Positions 26,806-39,163 of a stretch of 64,000 nucleotides of DNA are shown here, one piece after another; position 1 is the stretch's first letter; every line of letters begins with the position of its first letter. The DNA is from Candidatus Poribacteria bacterium. Lineage in GTDB: Bacteria > Poribacteria > WGA-4E > WGA-3G. The DNA lies in contig CBDANF010000003.1 of NCBI GenBank assembly GCA_965197475.1, forward strand, positions 1,120,001 to 1,184,000, read 5' to 3'. The notes under the pieces are model-generated. The model worked only from the letters and a program-made list of their open reading frames with translations. It was not told the origin of the DNA and made no database searches. The position numbers and the translations under genes were made by a program.

Positions 26806-29501
26806 ATGAAACATATTTACCTGCTTTTAATGCTTTTCATTGTATTTGTTAGTTGTTCGCCACCCGAACCAGTGGAGATCCTCGACCTGAATTTAGCTGC
26901 GGTTGTTCGGGAGGCATTAGACTTGGCACCTGACGCACCCATCATGGAAAATAAACTGAAAGAGCTAAAAGATCTGATGGCTATAGGCAAGGGAATCAAA
27001 GACTTAACAGGTTTAGAAAAAGCGAAAGGTTTAACGTCTTTATTCCTTATCAATAATCAAATTTCGGATCTCACACCGCTTACAGGATTGAGAAAACTTG
27101 AGGATTTAGGGCTTAGCGGTAATAAAATTAACAACATCACACCGATTTCAAAATTGACGAAACTTGAGAGTTTAAGTCTCGACAGTAATAACATTATCGA
27201 TCTTACATTTCTTACTGGATTGAATAGACTTGATTCCTTAAGCCTTTCTCGGAATCAAATTACGGACCTCACACCACTGGCAAAATTGAAACAATTGAGT
27301 ACGATAAATCTGGAACACAATGAAATCAGCGACCTAACACCGCTCTCTGGGTTGACCCAGCTAAGAATTTTAAGACTTTGGAATAATCAAATTCGCGACC
27401 TAACACCGCTCAACAAACTAAAACAACTGGCTCATGTAAAGAATGAGTGCAAATGAAAATTTAACCCGTGTGGCCATTGCCTTCATGAAAATAACCGCAC
27501 ACACCTTTTACATGAGCGAAACAACTTTGGTCGTTAAATCTTAACCTAAATCTCATCTCGGACATTTCTGGTCTTGAGAACTTGCCAATGTTGGATAAAG
27601 TGAACCTTTCTAACAATGAAATTCGTGACATTATACCACTCACAAACCTGACTGGACTTTCGGAATTAGAACTTGAACGTAATGAAATCAATGACATCAC
27701 CCCACTTAAAGAATTAACAAGATTAACACAGTTATCCCTCACCAGCAATGAAATAAGTGATCTAATGCCAATCGCCAATTTAACTCGGTTGACACAATTA
27801 AGACTTAACCGAAATGAGATCAGTGACCTCACACCCATCAGTGCTTTGACAAAACTTCAATTTCTATATCTTAATTACAATGACATCAAAGATGTCTCTC
27901 CGCTTGCGGGGTTGACAGAACTGAAACGTTTACAACTTCAATATAACGAAATTACCGACATTACACCACTAACTGACTTAACACAACTGGAGTACTTAGA
28001 AGTTGAACACAATCAAATTGATAATATGAGTCTTGTTGAAGATATTAAACAAATTCAGAGACAAAAGTACAACGATAAGCAGGCAAGTCTATCTTCAAAA
28101 GACGATCCGATTCAAGACACTTCATCTATTTCACAACCTCAGATAATACCCGATCCGAACTTAGCTGCTGCAGTGCGAAAAGCACTCGGCTTAAGTCCAA
28201 CCGATCCTATTTCTGAAGAAAGACTCAAACAATTGAAGTCACTATGGGTTTCCTATAAAGGTATAACTGACTTAACAGGATTGGATAAGGCAATTGGTTT
28301 AGAGAAGTTATATCTCCCTTTTAATCAAATTGAAGATGTCACTCCATTGGAAAGGTTAACAAACCTGACATCTCTATATCTGTCACGAAATCAAATTAGT
28401 GACCTCAAACCACTCGCAGGTTTGACACAGTTAGATATATTAAATCTGGAAAATAACCAAGTTAGCGACCTCAAACCGCTCACAGATTTGAAACAACTGT
28501 GGAATCTATCACTCGGAGGTAATGAGATACGAGACATCAGTCCACTTACTGAATTAAATCATCTAAGGGAGTTACACCTGCGTATGCGAATCTCCTCTGA
28601 TGGAAGAATTGGTAATAGAATCACCGACATTAGCCCTCTGAAAGAATTGATACAACTTAATACCTTATCAATCAGCATCGGTGAAATCAGTGACATCACA
28701 CCGCTTGCAAGTTTAAAGAACTTAACGTGGTTAATGATTGACAAGAATCAAATTACCGACATTACACCCCTCGCGGAATTGAAATTTCTTACACACTTAT
28801 TTCTTGGTGAGAATCGGATAATTGACATCACACCTCTCTCGAAATTACAACTGCTTGATTACCTATCTCTGGGGGAAAATCCGATAAGCGACATTACGCG
28901 GCTCGGTGAGTTGAAACATCTTACCCGCTTATCGCTTGTTAATAATCAGATTAGCGACCTAACACCGCTGGCAGGATTGAAACATCTCAACTCATTACAT
29001 ATCCGCGGGACTCAAATCAGTGACATTACACCCCTTGCTGAATTAAAACATCTTACTAACTTATCAATTAGTGAATGTTCGGTTGAGGATCTAACACCAC
29101 TTGGTGGATTGACTCGGTTAACGAGTTTTTCATTGTCAAACAATCAGATCAAGAGTATCACACTACTTGGCACAGTATTGACTAAAATGAAGCGTCTTAT
29201 TGACTTGGGTCTATATGATAATGAAATCCAGGATATTACGCCACTTGCAGCGTTGACACAACTCACACGCTTAACCCTTAGCAATAATAAGATCCACGAC
29301 ATCAAACCGATTGCTGGAATGACAAAACTAAGATTGTTATATATGTCGGATAATCAAATTCGGGACATTAGCACCGTTCAGAACTTTAAGCGGTTAGAAG
29401 TTCTACATATTAAGGGCAACCCTGTTCAGAATCTGTCACCGATTCATCGACTCCGTAAACAGAATCCAGATTTGAGAATGGACATTAAAATTGATCGATA
29501 A
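26806..29501 (+). pseudogene. Internalin-like LRR lipoprotein interrupted by the 90-bp MITE (865 aa if repaired)
   Basis: Removing 98 bp (MITE + one TSD) gives a 2598-nt continuous frame ...KLKQLWSLNLNLNLISDISGLENLPML... Confidence 0.92.
27429..27518. mobile_element. 90-bp MITE, copy 2
   Basis: Identical to 15189-15278; 8-bp TSD aaacaact. Confidence 0.95.
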
Positions 29502-29573
29502 TCAACTTGAGGTAAAGAATGGATTACTAACGAGAAGATTTTTCATACAATTAAATAGTATCACAAGGAGGGT

Positions 29574-30770
29574 ATGAACATGGCAAAGTTAGCAATAAAT
29601 GGTGGTGAACCTGTTGTTAAACATGGTTTAGGTAAAAGTTGGCCCATTTTTGATGAAACAGAAGAAAATGCACTGTTAGAAGTATTACGTAGCGGTGCTT
29701 GGAACAGACGCGAAAAAGTTGACGAAGTCGGTGAGAAGTTTGCCGCATATCATGATGCAGAATACGGTATCCCGCTTGCGAACGGCACTGTGGCGTTGCA
29801 GTGCGCATTAAAGGCTGCCGGTATCACAGCGGGCGATGAGGTCATTGTTCCAGCACTCACATTTGTAGCAACAGGGACATCGGTTGTGTGCGTCAATGCG
29901 GTGCCGGTTATTGTTGATATAGACCCGCTCACCTATAACATTGCCCCCGATGCAATTGAGGCGGCGATTACGCCACGAACACGAGCAATTATCCCGGTGC
30001 ATAACGGTGGGTATCCTGCCGATATGGATGCGATTATGGATATTGCTGAAAGACACAATCTTAAGGTGATTGAGGATTGCGCGCATGCACACGGTTCACA
30101 GTGGCGCGGAAAAGGGATGGGTTCAATTGGACATCTCGGCACATTTAGTTTTCAGATAGGCAAAACGTTGACGTGTGGCGAAGGTGGAATGGTGCTAACA
30201 AACGACGAAGCACTCGCAAACAGTGCTAATCAAGTCGCAAATTTGAATATGCGAATGACAAACTTTCAAGCTGCGGTGTTATTATCTCAACTTGATCGTC
30301 TTGATGAGCAGGTAGAGACGCGCGAACGAAATATCGCATATCTTATGAAGGGTATGGAAGCGATAGATGGAATCCATCCGATTCCACGTGACGAACGCGT
30401 CACACGATGGTGTTTCTATTATTGGGATTTTCGCTTCGTCTCTGAGGAGTTCGGCGGCATTTCACGCGGCAGATTTTTTGAAGCACTTGGGGCAGAGGGT
30501 GTTCCGTGCGGAGTCGGTGCTCACGGACAACCTATTTATAACGAAGGACCTTTTGGTAATCCAGAGTTGTTTGACCAACTCGGATTGCCGCGTGAATACC
30601 TTGGCGATCATGCAATTGATTATAGCAAGGTTCACTGTCCACAAGCAGAACGGGCGTATCAGGAGGAGGTCTGCAGTTTCGGACATGCGATGTTTTTAGG
30701 CGACACTGACGATATGCAACTGATATTAGATGCATTCCAGAAGATTCGAATAAATGTAGATGAATTGTAA
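29574..30770 (+). CDS. DegT/DnrJ/EryC1/StrS PLP aminotransferase
   Basis: NGTVAL, EDCAHAHG, SFQIGKTLTCGEGG. Confidence 0.93.
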   Translation: MNMAKLAINGGEPVVKHGLGKSWPIFDETEENALLEVLRSGAWNRREKVDEVGEKFAAYHDAEYGIPLANGTVALQCALKAAGITAGDEVIVPALTFVATGTSVVCVNAVPVIVDIDPLTYNIAPDAIEAAITPRTRAIIPVHNGGYPADMDAIMDIAERHNLKVIEDCAHAHGSQWRGKGMGSIGHLGTFSFQIGKTLTCGEGGMVLTNDEALANSANQVANLNMRMTNFQAAVLLSQLDRLDEQVETRERNIAYLMKGMEAIDGIHPIPRDERVTRWCFYYWDFRFVSEEFGGISRGRFFEALGAEGVPCGVGAHGQPIYNEGPFGNPELFDQLGLPREYLGDHAIDYSKVHCPQAERAYQEEVCSFGHAMFLGDTDDMQLILDAFQKIRINVDEL

Positions 30771-30797
30771 CACTGGAACCTAAAAGATGTTCTGCAT

Positions 30798-33245
30798 CTA
30801 CTTTAATTTCAACGGTATGTTCAGTTCCTGTGGCAACGAACACTCCGTATCATTGCAGGCTTGATAGTTCAGTTTCAGAATGATCGGAACGCCTTTCTTG
30901 ATGGTGGTGTTGGATTTCTGTTTTAACTTTAGTGGTATCGTAAACGTTCCATCGTAAACGTTCACAGATTCAGGACTAAACTCAAATTTCATAAATTTAC
31001 CCTTGGGATACTTAACATTATTTATCTCTATTAAAGCATCTTTATCAACAGTAATTGTCGTAGGAATTAAGTTATCTTGACCTGCAGGGTTTGCATTAAT
31101 GTGCCAACCTGCTGCTATTTTTACCTGAACTTCCACGTCAATTTGCATACCCTTAGTCGGTGTTTTAATTTTGGCGGTTGCTGTTACCAGTGGCTGAGTT
31201 GAATCGTCGAGGCCTAATTCTCCCAGAGGTAATTTTGGCAGAATTGAACCGTCAAGTTCCGGTTTCCCCGCCAGTGTTGACGTATCACTATCTTCGTCTA
31301 TGTTAAAGTAACCGTTGAGGGCAAAGAGCATGTGCATGAAAGACGAGGGTGTTCCTTCCATCGCTTGCCCAAAACTACGAAGTGTTTTCTGGGCATAGTT
31401 TCGGTAGTCGCTATCAGACCCTTGCGCCATCAGTATCAAGAAATTGTTAACTGCCACAGCGTTTCCGGAAGGAATTGCTGAATCGTGAGGTTTTTTGGTG
31501 CGGACAATCAATTGCTTCGCATCTTCCTTTGTAAAATAGAAGCCTCCATTTTTGCCATCCCAGAAGAGTTCAATCATCTTGTCGGTTAGGGTTGTCGCGG
31601 AACGTAACCAACGTTCCTCTCTTGTGGCACTGGACAATCCGAGCAGGCCTTGAACGAAAAAGGCGTAATCATCAAGATAGGCATCGTACTTCGCAATGCT
31701 AGCGGTATACGTATGCCATAATTCGCCGTTCGGTTTTCTTAACTTGTCAAGAATGAACTGTGCGGCTTTTGATGCAGCGGTGAGATACTTTTCCTCGCCT
31801 AATACTTCATATCCGTAGGCGAGTGCATCTATCATCAAACCGTTCCAACTGACAATGATCTTTGTATCTAATAGCGGACGTTCGCGCTCCGATCGGGCTG
31901 CTAAAAGCGTTTCTCGCGCAGAGATTACAGTTTTGAGAGAAGTCTCTGATTCTACTCCGTTAGGAACGTACAGGACGTTTTTACCTTCAAAATTCGGACC
32001 CTTATCCACACCATAAATGGAAGTGAACTGTTTGACATCTTTTTTAGAGAGAATCTTCTTAATTTCATCTGCTGTCCAGACATAATATTTTCCCTCCTCT
32101 GCATCCGTTTCGGCATCTAACGCCGAATAGAATCCGCCATCGGGTGCTGTCATCTCGCGTGCAATAAAACTGAATACCTCCTCAGCAATTCGTCGGTACT
32201 GGGGTTTTTCTGTTAACTGATAGACTTGAAGATATATTTTTGCCAATTGTGCGTTGTCGTATAGCATCTTCTCAAAGTGGGGAACGAGCCATTTTGCATC
32301 AACGGAATATCTGTGAAATCCGCCACCGATCTGGTCATAAATTCCGCCGTAAGCCATCATATCCAGAGTATGTGTTATCATTTTTAAGAGCAATTCATTG
32401 TCTGTAGGAGGGGTTTTCTTGTGGGAGGGGTTTGTAACCCCGATGGAAGCGGTTTGTAACCCCGATTGCCTTTCATATTCTCTCAACAGGAATTCCAGAT
32501 TTGCAGGACTTGGGAATTTAGGAGCAGTGCCAAACCCACCGTAAGCGTTATTATAGTTAGACTTTAGATGTGCTACGGCGGCTGAGATAAGAGAACGGTT
32601 AAGGGATTTCGCAGTGAGAGCGGTGAATCCTGTGCTTATTACCCCTTCAATGACTTGTGTGATTTTGTCCGCTGATTCAATTACCTCTGCTTCCCGCGTA
32701 ACCCATGCTTCATGCACTGCGGTCAAAATCGTTGGGAAACCGGGTCTATTCGGCATATCCATAGGCGGAAAATAGGTGCCTGCGAAAAAAGGTTTTAGAT
32801 CCGGGGTGAGAAAGACAGAGTTGGGCCACCCGCCACGTCGGAGCAATATTTGCGTTGCTGTCATATAGATTTCGTCAAGGTCAGGTCGTTCTTCCCTATC
32901 AATTTTGATGTTGATGAAGTTCTTGTTCATTTGCTCAGCGATTTCTGGGTTTGAGAAAACCTTTCGCTCCATCACGTGGCACCAGTAACACGTGGAATAG
33001 CCGACAGAGAGAAAAATAGGTTTGTTCTCTTTCTTCGCACGTTCCAACGCTTCATCGTCCCAAGGATACCATTCAACGGGATTGTGTGCATGAAGCAATA
33101 GATAGGGGCTGGTTTCATGGATAAGCTTATTGGTCCACTTCCATGAACTGTCCTGATTTTTGAGTGCATCTTCATCAGCACTCCCTATCCATGCTATATT
33201 AAGCAGAATTAGACATGAGAAAATGTATCGCATCGTGTTTTTCAT
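30798..33245 (-). CDS. YyaL/SPATA20 thioredoxin-domain protein with C-terminal DsbD-N-like domain
   Basis: [47 protein letters not shown]. Confidence 0.92.
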   Translation of the reverse strand: MKNTMRYIFSCLILLNIAWIGSADEDALKNQDSSWKWTNKLIHETSPYLLLHAHNPVEWYPWDDEALERAKKENKPIFLSVGYSTCYWCHVMERKVFSNPEIAEQMNKNFINIKIDREERPDLDEIYMTATQILLRRGGWPNSVFLTPDLKPFFAGTYFPPMDMPNRPGFPTILTAVHEAWVTREAEVIESADKITQVIEGVISTGFTALTAKSLNRSLISAAVAHLKSNYNNAYGGFGTAPKFPSPANLEFLLREYERQSGLQTASIGVTNPSHKKTPPTDNELLLKMITHTLDMMAYGGIYDQIGGGFHRYSVDAKWLVPHFEKMLYDNAQLAKIYLQVYQLTEKPQYRRIAEEVFSFIAREMTAPDGGFYSALDAETDAEEGKYYVWTADEIKKILSKKDVKQFTSIYGVDKGPNFEGKNVLYVPNGVESETSLKTVISARETLLAARSERERPLLDTKIIVSWNGLMIDALAYGYEVLGEEKYLTAASKAAQFILDKLRKPNGELWHTYTASIAKYDAYLDDYAFFVQGLLGLSSATREERWLRSATTLTDKMIELFWDGKNGGFYFTKEDAKQLIVRTKKPHDSAIPSGNAVAVNNFLILMAQGSDSDYRNYAQKTLRSFGQAMEGTPSSFMHMLFALNGYFNIDEDSDTSTLAGKPELDGSILPKLPLGELGLDDSTQPLVTATAKIKTPTKGMQIDVEVQVKIAAGWHINANPAGQDNLIPTTITVDKDALIEINNVKYPKGKFMKFEFSPESVNVYDGTFTIPLKLKQKSNTTIKKGVPIILKLNYQACNDTECSLPQELNIPLKLK
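32404..32466 (+). repeat. Tandem GTAG-type REP units inside a coding sequence
   Basis: gtaggagggg..gtgggaggggtttgtaaccccgat..gcggtttgtaaccccgat. Confidence 0.7.
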
Positions 33246-33334
33246 GATTAGAACCTTTGCTTTTTAGCGTAATGTATGATGAATCGGATTACTATAAACT
33301 TGTGTATCTTTTCTGAACAATTCGTGTAGCATAG

Positions 33335-34444
33335 TTATTGCACAAGTGCCTGCTGTGCGATGGCGCGTCCCCGATCTGTTAGCATCAGCTGCGTTGTTTT
33401 CTGTGAAACATATCGGTTATTTAGCGCATATTTAACAACTCGTGAAGCAAATGTTGGTTCCCACCGGAGATGTTCGTAAAGATGCGCAATTTCAGATTCG
33501 GCTTGTGTTTCTGGAAGTCCTTCGTGATTAAACAAGTGAATGACAAGCATTGTTTGCGCAAATTCCCATTTTTGGCGAACGTGTCTGCGCGCAATTGCGA
33601 TGATCCCCCGGTTTGGAACAGTCAAAAAAATAAGCCCGAAAACAAGAAATGTCACCGTCGCAATTGCACCCGCAATTGAGACATTAAATACGGAGGCAAG
33701 CCAATAGCCACTGACAGCGTTCACACATCCAATCACAACACTTAGGATGAGCATCCGTGCCAGACTATCAGTCATAAGATAAGCGGTAGCTGCCGGTCCG
33801 ACGATAAGAGCAACGACTAAAATTGAACCAACCGCGTCAAATGCACCCACTGTCGTCATAGATACCAAAGCCATTAAGCCATAATGGATAAGGGCAGGTG
33901 CAAACCCTAATGTGGCAGCTAAACTTGCGTCAAATGTTGCTAACTTCAACTCCTTGTAGAATGTCAAAATAAAAGCGAGGTTTAACACGAGCATTCCGCC
34001 CATAACATATAGAGATATGGGGCCCAGATCGTAGCCGGAAATCTCTAATCGGTTAAGCGGCGCGTACGCGAGTTCACCGAGGAGGACCGCATCCATATCC
34101 AGGTGAACATTGCTGGAATACCGAGAAATGAGAATTACGCCGATGCTGAAAAGGGCAGGGAACGTTAACCCGATCGCGGCATCCTCTTTCACGAGTTTCG
34201 TTTTTTGCAGCAATTCAACGAAAACAACGGTAAGTACACCAGTCGCAGCAGCAGCGAGAATCAGTAACGGCGACGAGAGACTATGCGTTAGAAAAAATGC
34301 AAGAACGATGCCAGGAAGAATGGCGTGACTAATCGCATCGCTCATCAATGTCATTCGCCGTAGCACCAAGAATACGCCAAGTAAAGCGCATGCAGATGCT
34401 GTGACAATAGCGATGAGTATGATGTCAAGGTGAACTTGTAACAT
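33335..34444 (-). CDS. Mn/Zn/Fe ABC permease (TroD-like) with C-terminal extension
   Basis: DAISHAILPG motif, multiple TMs. Confidence 0.9.
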   Translation of the reverse strand: MLQVHLDIILIAIVTASACALLGVFLVLRRMTLMSDAISHAILPGIVLAFFLTHSLSSPLLILAAAATGVLTVVFVELLQKTKLVKEDAAIGLTFPALFSIGVILISRYSSNVHLDMDAVLLGELAYAPLNRLEISGYDLGPISLYVMGGMLVLNLAFILTFYKELKLATFDASLAATLGFAPALIHYGLMALVSMTTVGAFDAVGSILVVALIVGPAATAYLMTDSLARMLILSVVIGCVNAVSGYWLASVFNVSIAGAIATVTFLVFGLIFLTVPNRGIIAIARRHVRQKWEFAQTMLVIHLFNHEGLPETQAESEIAHLYEHLRWEPTFASRVVKYALNNRYVSQKTTQLMLTDRGRAIAQQALVQ

Positions 34445-34450
34445 TTTCTT

Positions 34451-35404
34451 TTATTCAGTCTTTTGCTGTGGCTGCTCAACCAATTGACTCGCGGCTATCT
34501 TCAAGCTGCGTCTATTTCGCTGTTGTCTGATACTGTTCCACAACAGCCCACGGTTCGGTGCAAAAGTGATCGAGAATCCTACCACAACTGTTGCACAGAG
34601 GATAATTGTCGGCCCGGTGGGGATGCGCGTTGCAGTACTGCTGATTATTGTGCCGCTTACCCCGGCAAGTGCGCCGAAGCATGCAGCCAGAATTACCATC
34701 AGGCTGAGCTTGTCTGTCCACTGCCGCGCAGCAACTGCCGGAGCAACTAACATCGCACTCATCAACACAGCACCAACCGCTTGTAGACCGAGGACAATCG
34801 CAATAACAAGCAGGCTCGTCAGTAAAATATCAAGTGAGCGGATCGGAAATCCGATAGATGCGGCGAACCCTTCATCAAAAATAAGCAATTTCAATTCTTT
34901 CCATAAGATAAGCATGATTACAAGCGCAACGCCGCCAAGTATACCAATCGTTAGAACATCACTCTTTAAAATTGTGGCGGCTTGTCCGAAGAGAAAAGTA
35001 TCTAACCCTGCCTGATTTGCTTTGCCGGTGCGCTGGATCAGTGTGAGCAGCACCAATCCGAAACCGAAAAAAGTTGATAGAACAAGTCCGAGAGCACTAT
35101 CGTATTTGATGCGCGTCAACCTCACAATGCTTAGAATAATTAGCGTACCTAACCATCCAGCGATCGCAGCACCAAGTACTAAAATCAGCGGTGTCTTGCT
35201 TCCTGTCAGTAGAAATGCGATTGCAATGCCGGGTAGGGCAGCATGTGAGATAGCATCGCCGAGGAGACTCTGCCGTCTAAGGACAGCATAGGTCCCAAGC
35301 GCACCACTGACGGTGCCGAGCAACGCGGCACCGATAGCGACTATTATCAGGGTATAATCAAAACGGGTTAGAAAGTATAAAATTTTCATGATTATAGTTG
35401 GCAC
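34451..35404 (-). CDS. Mn/Zn/Fe ABC permease (TroC-like; start may be 35389)
   Basis: GDAISHAALPG motif. Confidence 0.9.
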   Translation of the reverse strand: MPTIIMKILYFLTRFDYTLIIVAIGAALLGTVSGALGTYAVLRRQSLLGDAISHAALPGIAIAFLLTGSKTPLILVLGAAIAGWLGTLIILSIVRLTRIKYDSALGLVLSTFFGFGLVLLTLIQRTGKANQAGLDTFLFGQAATILKSDVLTIGILGGVALVIMLILWKELKLLIFDEGFAASIGFPIRSLDILLTSLLVIAIVLGLQAVGAVLMSAMLVAPAVAARQWTDKLSLMVILAACFGALAGVSGTIISSTATRIPTGPTIILCATVVVGFSITFAPNRGLLWNSIRQQRNRRSLKIAASQLVEQPQQKTE

Positions 35405-35457
35405 GTGGGGAAATCGCTGTTAAAAACCGCTTCCACAAAAACTGGGACAAATTGTTT

Positions 35458-36201
35458 TTATCGGTTTTTTATAAAAGCGATTCGTCCGCCGTAAGTCTCA
35501 CGTAAATTTTCAGGTGTGAAAGTTTCGTCAACGGGACCGCTCGCAATTCGACGAATGTTCAATAGCATTACCCAGTCGAAATAATCGGTTACGGTTTGCA
35601 GATCATGATGCACCACAACGACTGTTTTGCCGTTTTCACGGAGTTCCTGAAGTAAGGCTATGATTGCGCGTTCGGTTGTAGCATCAACGCCTTGAAAGGG
35701 TTCATCCATTAAGTATATTGTGGCATCTTGAACAAGGGCACGAGCCAAAAAAACACGTTGTTGTTGCCCACCGGAAAGTTGGCTAATCTGTCGGGTGGTA
35801 TACTTCTGCATTCCAACTTTTTCAAGTGCGTGCATCGCCAATTCGCGATCTTGCTTACCGGGACGCCGAATCCACCCGAGTGCACCATATCTACCCATCA
35901 TGACGACATCAAGTACGTTTGTCGGAAAATCCCAATCAACACTTCCTCGTTGTGGCACATAACCTACAATCCGCCGTTGCGCCGCATAAGGTTTGTTGTA
36001 GATTAAGACGTTTCCAGCTGCGGGACGGACTAACCCTAAAATCGCCTTGATCAACGTTGTTTTTCCCGCCCCGTTAGGACCAATAATTGCTAAAAGCACT
36101 CCTTGTGGCACATCAAGGTCAATGTCCCACAGAACAGGTGTCTCCTGATAAGCGACTGTCAAATCGGTTACTTCTATGGCTTTTGCGTCAAGTGCTTGCA
36201 A
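35458..36201 (-). CDS. Metal ABC ATP-binding protein (TroB/MntB-like)
   Basis: [26 protein letters not shown]. Confidence 0.93.
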   Translation of the reverse strand: MQALDAKAIEVTDLTVAYQETPVLWDIDLDVPQGVLLAIIGPNGAGKTTLIKAILGLVRPAAGNVLIYNKPYAAQRRIVGYVPQRGSVDWDFPTNVLDVVMMGRYGALGWIRRPGKQDRELAMHALEKVGMQKYTTRQISQLSGGQQQRVFLARALVQDATIYLMDEPFQGVDATTERAIIALLQELRENGKTVVVVHHDLQTVTDYFDWVMLLNIRRIASGPVDETFTPENLRETYGGRIAFIKNR

Positions 36202-36202
36202 T

Positions 36203-37222
36203 TTAGTCTTCCTCTGTAGAAATGGTTTCTTCTGTCAATGCTTTTACAATCGTATCAATATTGTGCCGCACCATACCGATATAAGTTGCCTCATGTGTGC
36301 CCTCATTACCCATAGCGTCAGAAAAAAGCTCCCCACCGATCTGTACATCAAAGCCTTTTGAGTTTACAGCAGCTTTCACCGCCTCAAGACTCCGAGAAGG
36401 GACAGACGATTCCACAAAAATCGCAGGAATCCGTCTTTCTACTATAAAAACAGCCAATTCTTGAACATCAGCGATACCGGCTTCTGTGACGGTGCTAATT
36501 CCCTGCAGCCCGCGCACCTCAAATCCATAAGCCTTGCCGAAGTAGTTAAAAGCATCGTGCGCTGTCACAAGCACACGTTGTTCAGGTAGCACGCGTTCTG
36601 CTTGGGTCTTGACGTATTGATGTAATGCAGTGAGTTCCGCAAGGTAGCGTTCAGCATTGTTTGTGTACACCTCTTTGGCATCAGCATTATAATCTGTCAG
36701 AGTGTCTCGAACTTTTTGAACTGCTTTCATCCAAAGCGTCACGTCAAACCATAAGTGCGGGTCATATTGTCCATCAAATTCGGATGGTGATAACAGCAGT
36801 GCTTTGTCAATATCGCCTGTTACCGCAACGGTTTTAGTATCTCCAGGCATCTTAGCAAGCACATCCCCCATTTTTGCTTCAAGGTGCAACCCGTTATAGA
36901 AGATGATGTGTGCGGAACTCAGCCTTTGAAGGTCTTTAGCGGTCGGTTTATAAAGATGTGGGTCAACACCTGGGCCCATCATGCCTACAACCTCAACCTG
37001 CTCGCCACCAACGTTTTTGACAATATCGGTAATCATGCCAATTGTTGTAACAACACGGATTTTTCCTTTCTCTGATGCATCCGGTGGCTTTTTTGAGTCG
37101 CAGCTAACACTTGCAGAAATGGCTATCAGACATAACAAAATGCCTGCTTTTTGTATTGATAGATTCAACGCGTTTGAGAATTGTGTTAACATTCTTGATA
37201 ATGAGAGAATTACTTTAAACAT
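36203..37222 (-). CDS. Metal ABC substrate-binding lipoprotein (TroA-like)
   Basis: [22 protein letters not shown] metal ligands; start approximate. Confidence 0.92.
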   Translation of the reverse strand: MFKVILSLSRMLTQFSNALNLSIQKAGILLCLIAISASVSCDSKKPPDASEKGKIRVVTTIGMITDIVKNVGGEQVEVVGMMGPGVDPHLYKPTAKDLQRLSSAHIIFYNGLHLEAKMGDVLAKMPGDTKTVAVTGDIDKALLLSPSEFDGQYDPHLWFDVTLWMKAVQKVRDTLTDYNADAKEVYTNNAERYLAELTALHQYVKTQAERVLPEQRVLVTAHDAFNYFGKAYGFEVRGLQGISTVTEAGIADVQELAVFIVERRIPAIFVESSVPSRSLEAVKAAVNSKGFDVQIGGELFSDAMGNEGTHEATYIGMVRHNIDTIVKALTEETISTEED

Positions 37223-37226
37223 AATT

Positions 37227-38366
37227 TCAATTTCCAATAAAGTAGTGTTCTAAGAGTTTACCAACGAGGTAGCCCACGCCCGCAACGCCGAGACCGACAA
37301 CAAACATATCAAAACCGCTTCGAAACAAGCCGCGTCCAGTGAAAAGGCTGCGTGCTCCACCGACTGCAAAGTGCGAAAACATCGCGAGTGTAAAAGATAT
37401 CCATATAGCAGTTAACCCAGAGGTAAATAGAAACGGTGCCACAGGAATAAAAGCACCGACAGCCGTTGCAAGTCCTGTTATCCACCCGTCTTTGAATGGT
37501 GTGGTGTGCGTTTTGCCAATCTTCAATTCAGATTGGATTTTTTCCTCTAATGCTCTCTCAGGATCACTCATCACTTCCTTCGCAAGGAGTCGAGCATGTT
37601 CCTTTGGTATGCCCCGAGTCGCATAAATGAGCGTAAGTTCGTCCTCCTCAATATCTGGCATGAGGCGGATTTCTTCCCTTTCTAACTCAATTTCGTGTTC
37701 GTACACCTCCTGTTCACTCTTCGCAGCGAGGTACCCCGAAGCACCCATAGAGAGTGAGTCCGCCACCGTTCCAACAATGCCGGTCACAAGAATTGTGGAG
37801 ATATCCGATGTTGCTGCAATCACCCCAGCGACTAAACCGAAGTTTGCTGTTAAGCCATCATTAAAGCCGTATACAATGTTGCCTAACATGCCCCCAGATT
37901 CGGTTTTGTGCCACGGTTCATCAGTTGAGCCGGTGAGTTCCTGTAAACTTTCAGTATGCATCGCAGATTCTTTCGCAAGAATAAGTGCTGTATCTTTTGC
38001 GTCTTGCAATGTGCTGTTTTTATGAAGCGCAAGATAATCCTTAACCTCACTCGCCTCTTCGTTAAGCATCCGGGAAAGTGGAAACGGACTGCCGAACTTA
38101 CGAGCATACCATGCCCAGAACCTTGCTTTTAATGTCGGTTGCAGTTTCTTACTCTTGACATTATACGAAAGTAACAATTCTTCCCAACGTGCGACATGTC
38201 TATTTTCCACCTCAGCAAGCTCAAGTAATATATCTTTCCGGTCAGGGTCTGGTTCAAGATTTGCGAAAACACTGTAGAGGAAACTTGCATCTATCTCATC
38301 TTGTAGATGGTGTCTCCATGTCTTGATAGTTTTATTATCTAATTTAATCTTTTCTTGTTGTTCCAT
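37227..38366 (-). CDS. Ferritin-like/rubrerythrin N-domain fused to VIT1/CCC1 transporter
   Basis: ExxH motifs (ENRH, ESAMH); YGFNDGL and SMGASGY VIT1 motifs. Confidence 0.88.
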   Translation of the reverse strand: MEQQEKIKLDNKTIKTWRHHLQDEIDASFLYSVFANLEPDPDRKDILLELAEVENRHVARWEELLLSYNVKSKKLQPTLKARFWAWYARKFGSPFPLSRMLNEEASEVKDYLALHKNSTLQDAKDTALILAKESAMHTESLQELTGSTDEPWHKTESGGMLGNIVYGFNDGLTANFGLVAGVIAATSDISTILVTGIVGTVADSLSMGASGYLAAKSEQEVYEHEIELEREEIRLMPDIEEDELTLIYATRGIPKEHARLLAKEVMSDPERALEEKIQSELKIGKTHTTPFKDGWITGLATAVGAFIPVAPFLFTSGLTAIWISFTLAMFSHFAVGGARSLFTGRGLFRSGFDMFVVGLGVAGVGYLVGKLLEHYFIGN

Positions 38367-38376
38367 TTTTTGGCCC

Positions 38377-39039
38377 TCATGTATCTTTTACATTATTGAC
38401 GAAAATATGTTTCGCAACCTCACGTCCAATTACCGCTTGCTGTCCAGCAATGTTGATAGTGAAGGGTCCTTCAAATGGGGCGACCTCAATAACCCGGAAC
38501 GTTGTGCCGGGATAAAGATTGAAACTTCCCAGATGTCGAAGCAACGCTGAGTCGTTATCGCTTACTTCAGCGACAACACAGGATTGACCGTTCTGCAGAG
38601 CAGTCATCGGAATAGATGGTGTTTTCGGCACAACACCGTTTTTATCCGGTATCGGCGAACCGTGAGGATCAGCAGTTGGGTATCCGAGAAACGCGTCCAT
38701 CCGTGCTTCCACGTCTTCAGATATGACATGCTCTAACTTTTCAGCTTCTTCATGAACCCCATCCCATGGTACACCGAGTGCTTTGTTTAGATAGAGTTCC
38801 AACAAGCGATGATGCCGGATGATTTCAAGCGCAATGGATTTTCCTGCATCCGTAAGCGTAACACCTTGATAACGTTCATGGTTCACAAGGTTCATTGTTT
38901 TCAGTTTTTTGATCATCCCTGTTGCAGATGCTGGTTTAACGTCAAGGTATTCTGCTAAAATACCTGTCGAAACTTTGCCACCCTTCTCTTGTAACTTATA
39001 GATTGACTTGAGGTAGTCCTCAGCCGCTTGTGTCAGCAT
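38377..39039 (-). CDS. mntR: DtxR/MntR family metal-dependent regulator with FeoA domain
   Basis: EDYLKSIY, RHHRLLE, EAEKLEH, DPHGSPIP. Confidence 0.9.
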   Translation of the reverse strand: MLTQAAEDYLKSIYKLQEKGGKVSTGILAEYLDVKPASATGMIKKLKTMNLVNHERYQGVTLTDAGKSIALEIIRHHRLLELYLNKALGVPWDGVHEEAEKLEHVISEDVEARMDAFLGYPTADPHGSPIPDKNGVVPKTPSIPMTALQNGQSCVVAEVSDNDSALLRHLGSFNLYPGTTFRVIEVAPFEGPFTINIAGQQAVIGREVAKHIFVNNVKDT

Positions 39040-39163
39040 TCGTCTTTCCTATCCGCAAGGAAACACGCAGAACGTGTAACCCGATCCTGCGGTATATGGC
39101 AGGTCTAACCCACCTAAATTTAGGCGATATATGCCAGAATTGTTATAAATATCCAGAAATTGT

